Below, in pieces: positions 1-7,939 of a DNA stretch of 64,000 nucleotides. Positions within the stretch are counted from its first letter, which is position 1; each line of letters opens with the position of its first letter. Under the pieces are notes generated by a model. The model did no database searches. It was not told where the DNA came from and saw only the letters and a program-made list of their open reading frames with translations. Origin of the DNA: a virus (lineage: Duplodnaviria > Caudoviricetes); IMG/VR virus record IMGVR_UViG_2882253857_000001, positions 1 to 64,000 of that record, one strand, 5' to 3'. Position numbers and translations under genes: made by a program.

Positions 1-222
1 TTATTTTATAGCCCTTATTCTTCCTGCTTTAATGAAATTATCTATAGTTTGATAGATATCTATACATTTTCCCTCTTTCCAAACTTCCATTATTTTATTA
101 ACTCCTTCATTTTTTAAGTATCTTGTAAATGCGTCATTAAATACTGTCGTAACAAGTAAATTTTTCCTATGCCTCTCTTCCAATACAACAAACGTTTCAA
201 AATCAATATGCAATGTTAACAA
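1..222 (-). CDS. Hypothetical protein
   Basis: 73-aa ORF overlapping the end of the LexA-DBD gene. Confidence 0.5.
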   Translation of the reverse strand: MLTLHIDFETFVVLEERHRKNLLVTTVFNDAFTRYLKNEGVNKIMEVWKEGKCIDIYQTIDNFIKAGRIRAIK

Positions 223-445
223 CTCCTTTTATATTGCCAATTAATTGGAGCGCCCTCGGCTTGCTCGCTTCTCTCCTTATGTATCCTTTTTGTTCCAAAT
301 TGCTTAAATATCCATGAATAGTTGATGTAGATTTTACTTCCATTAAAACAGCCAGTTCTCTTACGGTAGGAGGATATCCATGTTCTTGAAGATATTTATT
401 GATTACCGACAACGCTTCCTTTTCTCTTCTGGTAATTGTATTCAT
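203..445 (-). CDS. Stand-alone LexA N-terminal DNA-binding domain protein
   Basis: GYPPTVREL...KSTSTIHGYL..LEQKGYIRR...PRAL; no peptidase domain; GGAGG RBS. Confidence 0.85.
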   Translation of the reverse strand: MNTITRREKEALSVINKYLQEHGYPPTVRELAVLMEVKSTSTIHGYLSNLEQKGYIRREASKPRALQLIGNIKGVVNIAY

Positions 446-544
446 ATTCCTTCTTGCCTCCTTATCTAGTTGTATAATTAATTATACAAGAACATATGTT
501 TGTGTTCAATACTTGAATAGAACCTTTACTTTGATATAAAATGT

Positions 545-556
545 GAACAAACGTTC
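545..556. promoter_or_regulatory. SOS (Cheo) box GAACAAACGTTC
   Basis: Matches Firmicute GAAC-N4-GTTC; imperfect second copy at 490-501. Confidence 0.75.
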
Positions 557-571
557 TGAAGGGGCGATTAT

Positions 572-1003
572 ATGCCAATCGATCATACTCCTACTGATAT
601 TCAATATGTAAAAATGTACTTACTGCTGCCGATGATCTTGAGCGCGTTTGAAAGGGATAAGAAAATAATAGAAAGACACTTGAAAACTCCTGGTCCATAT
701 ATAAGTTCTATTGACAGTGCAATGGATCGTGTGGCAGTTGATTTAAAAGAGGTTAAACGCAAGTTTAGATCGCTTGGGATTAAAGTATACGAAGAGGCTC
801 GCACGGAGAAGGGAATAGAGGCTAAGTATCTGTGCCGGGGATATCATCATGATTTTGATATGCTGTGGAGCCGAATAGCAGCGGAATGTGGTGTCTTAAT
901 GGAAAGTTATTTAGGTTTAGACATAAGTAAATATATCGACCCAGCAGTCCCAGGATCGGATGGCATTTATGGCTTGCCTAATGACATAGAAAGTACCACT
1001 TAG
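572..1003 (+). CDS. Hypothetical protein, probably SOS-regulated (YhjD-like)
   Basis: 143-aa ORF just after the SOS box; resemblance recalled, not searched. Confidence 0.55.
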   Translation: MPIDHTPTDIQYVKMYLLLPMILSAFERDKKIIERHLKTPGPYISSIDSAMDRVAVDLKEVKRKFRSLGIKVYEEARTEKGIEAKYLCRGYHHDFDMLWSRIAAECGVLMESYLGLDISKYIDPAVPGSDGIYGLPNDIESTT

Positions 1004-1044
1004 GACTATTCCTCGGTGGTCTTTTTATTAAAAATAGTGAATTT

Positions 1045-1085
1045 AACCTTATGCGGTTGATTAACAACCTTACAAGGTTTATAAT
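1045..1085 (+). promoter_or_regulatory. SigA promoter (TTGATT-17-TATAAT) with two AACCTTA-N3-GGTT operators
   Basis: Operators 1045-1058 and 1066-1079; -35 at 1057-1062; -10 at 1080-1085. Confidence 0.8.
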
Positions 1086-1117
1086 AGATGTAAAATATCA
1101 GGGGAGGTTGAATAAAG

Positions 1118-1780
1118 TTGGCTAGAAAGCTAATCGATCTTACAGACGAGCGTTACGGGAGGCTTATTGTTTTAAAAGAGGCTGAGCGCAAAGGTTATAC
1201 AAGGCGTTGGTTATGTAAATGCGATTGCGGAGAAGAACGGATAATTTCCCAAGCACAGTTACGCTCTGGAAAAACAACATCATGCGGTTGCTACAATAGA
1301 GAACGATCTTCTCAGGCCAATATAGTTGATTTGGTTGGGGAACGTTTTGGTAGGCTTGTAGTTTTAGAAGATACGCATGAAAGGTTCCAAAATAAAGTCG
1401 TCTGGCTATGCCAGTGCGATTGTGGCAGTGATCCTATAAAGGTACCAAGCACATATCTAACAACTGGCGACACAACATCGTGTGGTTGTTTAAGGAGGGA
1501 AAACGGAAGCAAGCTGCAAGATTACAATGAAAAAAATTTGCGCACCGATGGAGTATTTACGCCACTACTTAAAAGCAAATTACGTTCTGACAATTCTACG
1601 GGCGTAAAAGGTGTAGCAATCAACAAGAAAAACGGTAAATACAGAGCTTATCTCAGGATCAAAGGCAAGCAGTATTATTTAAAGGAGCATTTCACCCTGG
1701 AGCAAGCAGAAGCAGCAAGGAGAGTTGGGGAAGAAAAGCTTCATAGACCCTACTTGGAGGTACCCGATGAAGACAACTAA
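1118..1780 (+). CDS. AP2-domain protein with two CxCDCG...SCGC zinc-binding repeats
   Basis: Duplicated DL.G.R.GRL.V...W.C.CDCG...SCGC; C-terminal NSTGVKGV...YRAY...A..AR; no HNH motif. Confidence 0.8.
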   Translation: MARKLIDLTDERYGRLIVLKEAERKGYTRRWLCKCDCGEERIISQAQLRSGKTTSCGCYNRERSSQANIVDLVGERFGRLVVLEDTHERFQNKVVWLCQCDCGSDPIKVPSTYLTTGDTTSCGCLRRENGSKLQDYNEKNLRTDGVFTPLLKSKLRSDNSTGVKGVAINKKNGKYRAYLRIKGKQYYLKEHFTLEQAEAARRVGEEKLHRPYLEVPDEDN

Positions 1781-2006
1781 ACCGATCAATAACTATATGA
1801 CCCCGGCAGAAGCAGCATACCGCTGGGGAAAACCACAAGATACTGTTAAGAGCAGGCTTAAGCCGTCACTGTACGAAAAACAGTTAAAAGAGATGATACA
1901 AGCGGGATTGATAAAGTATTTTCAAAACCCAGAAAGACAACGTAGGGAGTGGATTGTGAGCGTGCAGGCTATGGAAAAATGGTTCGGTCCAGAGCCGAAA
2001 AAATAA
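1767..2006 (+). CDS. Small helix-turn-helix DNA-binding protein
   Basis: YMTPAEAAYRWG...TVK; ATG 1767 with GGAGG. Confidence 0.75.
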   Translation: MKTTKPINNYMTPAEAAYRWGKPQDTVKSRLKPSLYEKQLKEMIQAGLIKYFQNPERQRREWIVSVQAMEKWFGPEPKK

Positions 2007-2018
2007 AACAAATTAGTT

Positions 2019-2059
2019 AACCTTAAAGGGTTGACTGTAAACCTTATATGGTTTATAAT
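2019..2059 (+). promoter_or_regulatory. SigA promoter (TTGACT-17-TATAAT) with two AACCTTA-N3-GGTT operators
   Basis: Operators 2019-2032 and 2040-2053; same geometry as 1045-1085. Confidence 0.85.
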
Positions 2060-2110
2060 AGAATTAACAACAAGGAGATGACGCAAACAAAAACAAGGGA
2101 GGAAAAACAG

Positions 2111-2530
2111 ATGAACATCATCCAAATGTACGAAAAGATAAAAGAAATCCACGAAGCAAACGAGGACAAATACTACTACATCGGTCTTCGCTTCGAGGAT
2201 AAGGACCGCGAGATCGGCGAAGAGTGCGAATGGAGCCGTCACAATCCTGACCGCGAGGACGAACGTGAATTCCCGGAGTACGGTTCGGAAGAGTACGACG
2301 AGATGGAAGAGCTTGACGGTACTAGCGCTTGGGACTTAGCAGCAATGACTACCCGTTACTTGCCGGGATTCGGAAGACCCGGTGAAGCCGATCCAAACAA
2401 AGACTGCGAACGCTACTTCTTTTCAGATCATTGCTACATCATCGCTAGCAATAACAAAGGGCAGCACGATGACCCGGACGACGGTGAGATATTGATCCAA
2501 GATGCTATCGTTATCGCAAAAATATTTTAA
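2111..2530 (+). CDS. Highly acidic hypothetical protein
   Basis: 139 aa from ATG 2111 with GGAGG; followed by hairpin AGGGGCTTCAGCCCCT. Confidence 0.75.
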   Translation: MNIIQMYEKIKEIHEANEDKYYYIGLRFEDKDREIGEECEWSRHNPDREDEREFPEYGSEEYDEMEELDGTSAWDLAAMTTRYLPGFGRPGEADPNKDCERYFFSDHCYIIASNNKGQHDDPDDGEILIQDAIVIAKIF

Positions 2531-2596
2531 TACAGGGGCTTCAGCCCCTCTCCAATAAACCGGAGATACCGGGTGAGGACGAAAGGAGATATTAAA

Positions 2597-3076
2597 ATGT
2601 ATGAAGGATTGTTACGCACAAAACTAGAGGGACAAGCAAACTGGACGTATTTGTATGGGTACGAGCATAAAGGAGGCGGTGAGGTGACAGAACTTGTTCC
2701 AAAACATGATCCTGTTTTCGGAACAAGGCATGATGCAGTAATCCATAGAGTTCAAAAGGATTCTTCGGGCATGTGTACATATAGAACAGATGTGGATGGG
2801 AATGTCTTGTTCGATGGCGATGTCGTCGATGTTTTGGTAAACGGAAAACACGATACGTATGCTATGATAGCATACAATTACACTCACGAACGATTTGATA
2901 TCCTCCCCCAGTGGCTAGGAGACCATGTAGACTACGATCGTTGCATGGACGGGTTAGCACAGGACGGAATAGAATTAAAGCTAGTAAGCGATTATTGGAA
3001 CTGGATGGAGCAAGTGGAGGCAAAAGTCGACACGTGGGTAAGAGAAAAACGAACAAGTGTTGATATAAATCAATAA
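2597..3076 (+). CDS. YopX-like protein
   Basis: GM.T...D.DG..LF.GDVV motif; RBS AAGGAG. Confidence 0.6.
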   Translation: MYEGLLRTKLEGQANWTYLYGYEHKGGGEVTELVPKHDPVFGTRHDAVIHRVQKDSSGMCTYRTDVDGNVLFDGDVVDVLVNGKHDTYAMIAYNYTHERFDILPQWLGDHVDYDRCMDGLAQDGIELKLVSDYWNWMEQVEAKVDTWVREKRTSVDINQ

Positions 3077-3253
3077 CACAAAACCCCAGAGCAAACGCCC
3101 CAGGGTTTTGTACAAATTAAAAGTATGAACCTTTCAATCCACATCCGCACTAAGCGGATGACACACCTAAAATATAACATATACTATAAAACAAGTAAAT
3201 CCCACCAACCAATTAAGGTCAGTGGGATTTTAAAATGTAGGTAGTGTTTATAA

Positions 3254-3595
3254 TTACAAACTTATTCCTAGAGATGTTGCAAGAGCCGCCCCGGCCGATG
3301 TAACTTTTATTGCTTCGGAAAGCAAACCGAAGAATTTCTTCGCTCGGTCAAGTTTATTTTCCTGGACGCATCCTTTAATTGTTGCCAGATCCGATAAATT
3401 ATCATTCCGCTCTTGGGAATCAGTTAATTTTTCAATTTCAGCCTTTAAATCTAAAAACAGTTGTTCAAACTTACTATCCAGAGGGACTTGATATGTTTGA
3501 GTATTGGCATCACCTTGAAAGTTGCTGTTTCCATTGAAAGTCGCTCCATCAAAACTTATATCTTTCATTTTTCTTGAGTAATCATTATTCTGCAC
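3254..3595 (-). CDS. Hypothetical protein (Asn/Gly-rich N-terminus, helical C-terminus with hydrophobic tail); also reachable by -1 frameshift
   Basis: GTG with GGAGGT RBS; frame open upstream through the A9G run at 3709-3718. Confidence 0.75.
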   Translation of the reverse strand: MQNNDYSRKMKDISFDGATFNGNSNFQGDANTQTYQVPLDSKFEQLFLDLKAEIEKLTDSQERNDNLSDLATIKGCVQENKLDRAKKFFGLLSEAIKVTSAGAALATSLGISL

Positions 3596-3681
3596 ATTTA
3601 TACCTCCGCTAATAATTAGTTCATTAATTGTTATCCCTGCCTTATAAAGATCTGATAAGAGCGTACCTTGTGTATTGCCAT

Positions 3682-4047
3682 TTAAAAGTGGGATACTTGT
3701 CTTACTTTCTTTTTTTTTACATAATCTTTGTACTGAGGTAAAAAATCAAAAGAAACCCAAACCCTATCAGGGTCTGGTCTATATTCTATTCCACATACAC
3801 TGCATCTACGAAGTTCACTTATAATTTCAACCGGTGAATCGACTAAAAAGTCACTATCCCCTTCTGGGCATTCCACCTCATAATAAACCTTAAGTTTTCT
3901 ATTAACTTGAGACAACAAGTATTGTGTTACAATTTTCAGGTCGGCAATACCACTCAGGGCACATATATAGTGAGGAGAAAAATGCTTTTTATCATTAAAG
4001 GCCATTTCTTCTAAAATATCATCAAGTCGAAATTCATATTCTAACAT
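3682..4047 (-). CDS. Putative winged-helix plus zinc-ribbon protein
   Basis: YEVECPEG...CSVCG; ends VKKKK on an A9G run. Confidence 0.75.
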   Translation of the reverse strand: MLEYEFRLDDILEEMAFNDKKHFSPHYICALSGIADLKIVTQYLLSQVNRKLKVYYEVECPEGDSDFLVDSPVEIISELRRCSVCGIEYRPDPDRVWVSFDFLPQYKDYVKKKKVRQVSHF

Positions 4048-4067
4048 TATCCCTCACCCCCTTGAAG

Positions 4068-5021
4068 TTATATATTCTCTACAGCCTCGATTAATTCCTT
4101 CTCAGTTGCAGACTCTCCAAACTTTATTTTTAATATCACATTAAAAACGAAACTTATAACTTCTTCTCCAACATTAGATCGAAACCACAATCCTTCGTCA
4201 GTAATTACATAAGAGATCTCATCCTCAAAACCAAAAGAATATTTATGTTTGAACAATAATGTTTTTTTCTTAACTGGTTGGTTGTTAAATTCCCTCTTAT
4301 AATCCTCTTCAGATTCAAGGTCTTCTACTTGAGGTTTTGCAGTCACTTCTTTTGTTGAGTACACTCCTTCAGTCATCTTGTGTTTTGCAGATCTCAACTT
4401 AGCATTCAATTCTCGCGCCAATTGTTTTGCCTGTTCTTCAGTAAGCTTGGTTAACTTTTCCCAAGTAACCTCTTGATCAATTCCCATAATACTGAGAATA
4501 GTCCTTTTGAATGTTTCATTTTGCGACTGGCTAGCTCTGATTTCGACACAGAAAGGTTCGAAGTGAATAACTACATAATCCAATATTTGTTGTCTCCGCA
4601 CCACAATTTCGAAGTTTTCTAAATAGCGCCTTGAAGAGCCGAGATACGAAAATGCCAGTACTAACCTATTGCCCACTTCGTGGGCCTTTATTATTTTAGG
4701 TTCATCGCTTAAAGTCGGTCTAAGGCCTCTACCAAAAATATCATTAGTATATTTTTCAATTAAAAATCCTTTAAAATATTCTTTGTTCCTCCATTCTGGA
4801 GATATTTCGGAAGTAACCATATGTATGTTTACAGCTGTTGCCCCAGCATACTGAAATTGATCTGCTATATCTTGTCCAACAGAAGGCTTTTTATCTGCTA
4901 TTATATTTGCCATGTCTTCTATTACAGATAATTTTGTATCTTTATCAAGTTTTTCATTTTTCACCACTTGTTTTAATACGCCTGAAGGAACCTGCATAGC
5001 TAAAATATCTCTTAGTCGCAT
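4068..5021 (-). CDS. Hypothetical protein, first gene of an accessory (defence-like) operon
   Basis: 317-aa AT-rich ORF with its own promoter downstream of the lysis terminator. Confidence 0.75.
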   Translation of the reverse strand: MRLRDILAMQVPSGVLKQVVKNEKLDKDTKLSVIEDMANIIADKKPSVGQDIADQFQYAGATAVNIHMVTSEISPEWRNKEYFKGFLIEKYTNDIFGRGLRPTLSDEPKIIKAHEVGNRLVLAFSYLGSSRRYLENFEIVVRRQQILDYVVIHFEPFCVEIRASQSQNETFKRTILSIMGIDQEVTWEKLTKLTEEQAKQLARELNAKLRSAKHKMTEGVYSTKEVTAKPQVEDLESEEDYKREFNNQPVKKKTLLFKHKYSFGFEDEISYVITDEGLWFRSNVGEEVISFVFNVILKIKFGESATEKELIEAVENI

Positions 5022-5069
5022 CCGTCTTCCCCCACTAATATTCCATATTTTATAGTATCATTACATAGA

Positions 5070-5098
5070 AGTATAGTGGAATTGGAACATTGTGTAAA
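5070..5098 (-). promoter_or_regulatory. SigA promoter TTTACA-17-TATACT
   Basis: -35 at 5093-5098 and -10 at 5070-5075 on minus. Confidence 0.7.
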
Positions 5099-5134
5099 CA
5101 ACTAATAGTTCGCACGGACTATTATATGAATCAT

Positions 5135-5172
5135 AAAAAAGCCCCACCAACTAGATGCTGGCAGGGCTTTTT
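5135..5172. terminator. Intrinsic terminator after lysis genes
   Basis: AAAAAAGCCC...GGGCTTTTT hairpin. Confidence 0.7.
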
Positions 5173-5219
5173 CACCGATGCTTTCGGATTTGAATCTAGT
5201 ATACTAAAATTCCATAATA

Positions 5220-5444
5220 TTACAAGTTATACCCCTGACCGCCGGGCTTGGTTGGATTACTGATAATCCCGAGGGTTGCGAGCAATCCAAGCAGCACATC
5301 CGTTACAGCCAAGATATCATTCTTCATTACTTCGGTTAAGTCAAATAATCCTGTCAGGTGTCCAAGAAGCTGTAAAAGCAATAACACCTGAGATACGATA
5401 CTGACCCACAGTGCATAGTTCCGCCATCTTTTCTTACTCATCAT
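5220..5444 (-). CDS. Holin
   Basis: Two TM segments; RWRNYALWVS...LGIISNPT; next to endolysin. Confidence 0.85.
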   Translation of the reverse strand: MMSKKRWRNYALWVSIVSQVLLLLQLLGHLTGLFDLTEVMKNDILAVTDVLLGLLATLGIISNPTKPGGQGYNL

Positions 5445-6361
5445 TGTAACTCCCCTCCCTTCTCGATTACTTCAAGTTTCCTTTCCAACTCGCTGATCCT
5501 CGCCGTATTGCCGGCGATCAGTTTGAGAAAGTTGGTACGCAGCCGGTTGATAACGATGGCTGTCTGTTCCCTAGTAATCGGTGCTCCTGGTCTTGTCCCA
5601 TCAAAGTAACCATTCGCCTTGGCCTCCGCCCAATCTTTAGCAGCCCACTCGCTTACCTGGTTTATATCCCGTTCCGTCACCTTAGGTTCCTCCTTCTTAG
5701 GTCCGTATTTTCTCATCAGTTCCGCCTTAGAACCATTAAACTCGTTGAGGTCAACATTACCATTAATGCCGTTTACCTTCCTTGTCCCGTTTGCTCTTAC
5801 GCCACCCTTATCATCTCCGCTATATTGGAAGAATTCCCATTGCTTCCAAGCGACTACATCCCATGGAGCCGATGTAGCGTAACGCGCTACCCATAGTGGA
5901 TACTTACCTAGATCTTTTTCAAACTTTTCAGCAAAGGAGTTTCCAGTATAAATTCCCGGAGTCACGTTCAGTCTTGCCTCTACCCGATTTAAGAACGCTC
6001 GTGCAACTACGTTAATTTGAGCTGCTGTAATGCCCTTAAACTCTTCGTAATCTAGCATTGGTGGTAGATCAAATACTTTAGTACCGCCTGCTTCTTCAAT
6101 TGCATCGCAAAACAGATCTGCAGCAGCAACAGCTAGTGCAGCAGTAGTTACTTTGGCGTCAAGGTAATGATATGCGCCAATCAATAGCCCGACAGACTTT
6201 GCTCCTTTTACTTGCTCTAAAAACATCGGAGCAATAGAATTTTGTGTAGCTTTGATAAAAACAAAATCAATCCTGTCTTTCGCAACTTTCGCCCAATTAA
6301 TGTTTCCGTTATGATGGGACACATCAATTCCTTGTGCGTTACTTGATTTACGTTGTTGCAT
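5441..6361 (-). CDS. GH25 muramidase endolysin with SLH-like C-terminus
   Basis: GIDVSHHNG, FVFIKAT, GAYHY, LDYE, VDLN; WA...G.FDGTRP..PITREQ.A. Confidence 0.95.
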   Translation of the reverse strand: MQQRKSSNAQGIDVSHHNGNINWAKVAKDRIDFVFIKATQNSIAPMFLEQVKGAKSVGLLIGAYHYLDAKVTTAALAVAAADLFCDAIEEAGGTKVFDLPPMLDYEEFKGITAAQINVVARAFLNRVEARLNVTPGIYTGNSFAEKFEKDLGKYPLWVARYATSAPWDVVAWKQWEFFQYSGDDKGGVRANGTRKVNGINGNVDLNEFNGSKAELMRKYGPKKEEPKVTERDINQVSEWAAKDWAEAKANGYFDGTRPGAPITREQTAIVINRLRTNFLKLIAGNTARISELERKLEVIEKGGELQ

Positions 6362-6364
6362 TTC

Positions 6365-6658
6365 TTACCCTCTCCCTTCTATATTCTCTAATCGATCCAA
6401 ACGCTTGTGAGCTTGTTTGGATGACTCTTCAACCCTAGTAACACGTTCAGATACCGTTTCTAAACGTTGCCCTTGCATTCGAACATCAACTCTAATATCA
6501 TCAACGCCACGTTTGATATACTCCACATCAGCACGCTGGACAGCTTCAGCTGTGACCTCTGAAGCAATGTCTTTTTTCACTGTTCGCGCCTTCCCTGTCC
6601 ACCCAAGAATGAAGGTGCTGACTCCGGTAATGACAGCAATTACTAATCCCCAATCCAT
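6365..6658 (-). CDS. Holin-like lysis protein (N-terminal TM plus coiled coil)
   Basis: ERVTRVEESSKQAHKRLD; upstream of endolysin. Confidence 0.75.
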   Translation of the reverse strand: MDWGLVIAVITGVSTFILGWTGKARTVKKDIASEVTAEAVQRADVEYIKRGVDDIRVDVRMQGQRLETVSERVTRVEESSKQAHKRLDRLENIEGRG

Positions 6659-6719
6659 ACACTCACCTCCAGTACAAATAGCCCTTGGATTAATTCAAGG
6701 GCAGGAAAGCTAACCATAC

Positions 6720-6959
6720 CTATTCTCCTTTTTCTGGAGAAGAAATTAACTTATCATCTTCCAGTTGCAACCTCGATAAAGCATCACCAATCTCTAAATC
6801 TAAACCTTCGAGTATTTGCTTCTGTTTTTCAACCGGAGAATACATAAGCACGAAATTGATTACTTGAATAATTTCTTCTACTGGCCTTGTTGGGTCAAGT
6901 TTAATATCCAATAAAGATGTTATTTGAGCCAATTCATTCGCCTCCATTCTTTTGAACAC
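6720..6959 (-). CDS. Hypothetical phage protein
   Basis: ORF between tail and lysis; true start may be the downstream ATG. Confidence 0.55.
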   Translation of the reverse strand: MFKRMEANELAQITSLLDIKLDPTRPVEEIIQVINFVLMYSPVEKQKQILEGLDLEIGDALSRLQLEDDKLISSPEKGE

Positions 6960-7038
6960 AAAAAAGAGAACACTCCCAAAAGAGAATGTTCTCTAGTTAT
7001 ATTGTAGATTGTTTATAATGCTGAGTTACTACAGATTA

Positions 7039-7314
7039 TCAGTCTTTAACTCCCAGTGTCTTTTCGTGAGGTTTTGTATTAATAGCCCGCTTCTGGCTTG
7101 ACTCTTCTTGCTCTCCGGTTAGATGGACTTGAATCTTGTGTACAGATTCAATCAATGAGCCAAATCCTATGAAGAAAAGGCCTCCAGACAAAGCGGAAAC
7201 AACTACAATTATTACCGTTTCTATTGGTTGGCCAGATACCAATATAAATATTCCAAAAAGAATTCCAAGAACAACCATGACCGAACCGAAGCGCTTCAAT
7301 ATATTGTATATCAT
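7039..7314 (-). CDS. Small two-TM membrane protein (moron)
   Basis: Two hydrophobic helices. Confidence 0.7.
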   Translation of the reverse strand: MIYNILKRFGSVMVVLGILFGIFILVSGQPIETVIIVVVSALSGGLFFIGFGSLIESVHKIQVHLTGEQEESSQKRAINTKPHEKTLGVKD

Positions 7315-7317
7315 GAT

Positions 7318-7896
7318 TTATTCCTCTAACTTAGAAAGAGCTTCTTCTACCAACTTCAAATCTTGTTGGCATTTTTCTAACTCAGGATCGAATAGTGTTT
7401 TAATTTCGTTATTTATCTTCTCTATTTTTTCTGTCCCTGATTTTATTAGGTTGATATCAGTTGTTGAAGAATTGGTTTCCTGAGTTTTTTCGATCAAGTC
7501 TAACAATTCCTGTTTACCTGAGTTCAAAATCTTAATCTGGTTTTCGAGATCTTTCTTTTTCTCATCTAGCCTTTCCTTAGACATATCTAAATATTTGTTG
7601 GAAGATTCCGTTTTTGACTGATCGGCATTCCCTGAATCGGTTGTAATATAAATTGTGTCACCATTCAAGGTTAATACACCTCCTATTGCATCTGAAATTG
7701 CACGAACAGGGGCATTTGTTCTACCTCCAATAACAGCTCCTTTATCTTGCAGTTTCTGTCCATTTATTACAACGTTTAATTCTCCAGATACTTTTTGCCC
7801 GACAAGACTCTTAATCTGTGCAGCAGCCGCACTTCCAGACGTTGCTATAATCGCCCCAATTAAGATGCCGACCAGTAAGTAAGACCATTTTTTCAC
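7318..7896 (-). CDS. Secreted protein with copper-amine-oxidase-N/stalk-like domain and coiled coil (moron)
   Basis: Signal peptide MKKW...SAAAA; GRTNAPVRAISDAIG. Confidence 0.7.
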   Translation of the reverse strand: MKKWSYLLVGILIGAIIATSGSAAAAQIKSLVGQKVSGELNVVINGQKLQDKGAVIGGRTNAPVRAISDAIGGVLTLNGDTIYITTDSGNADQSKTESSNKYLDMSKERLDEKKKDLENQIKILNSGKQELLDLIEKTQETNSSTTDINLIKSGTEKIEKINNEIKTLFDPELEKCQQDLKLVEEALSKLEE

Positions 7897-7939
7897 AGAA
7901 CTCGCCCTCCATTGGTAGTATTATCCTACCATTATACTA

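Noticed and set aside
153-170. CAAGTAAATTTTTCCTAT as another parS-like site, about 10.5 kb left of copy 1
   Set aside because: Four mismatches even to the nearest variant, in AT-rich coding sequence; could be chance
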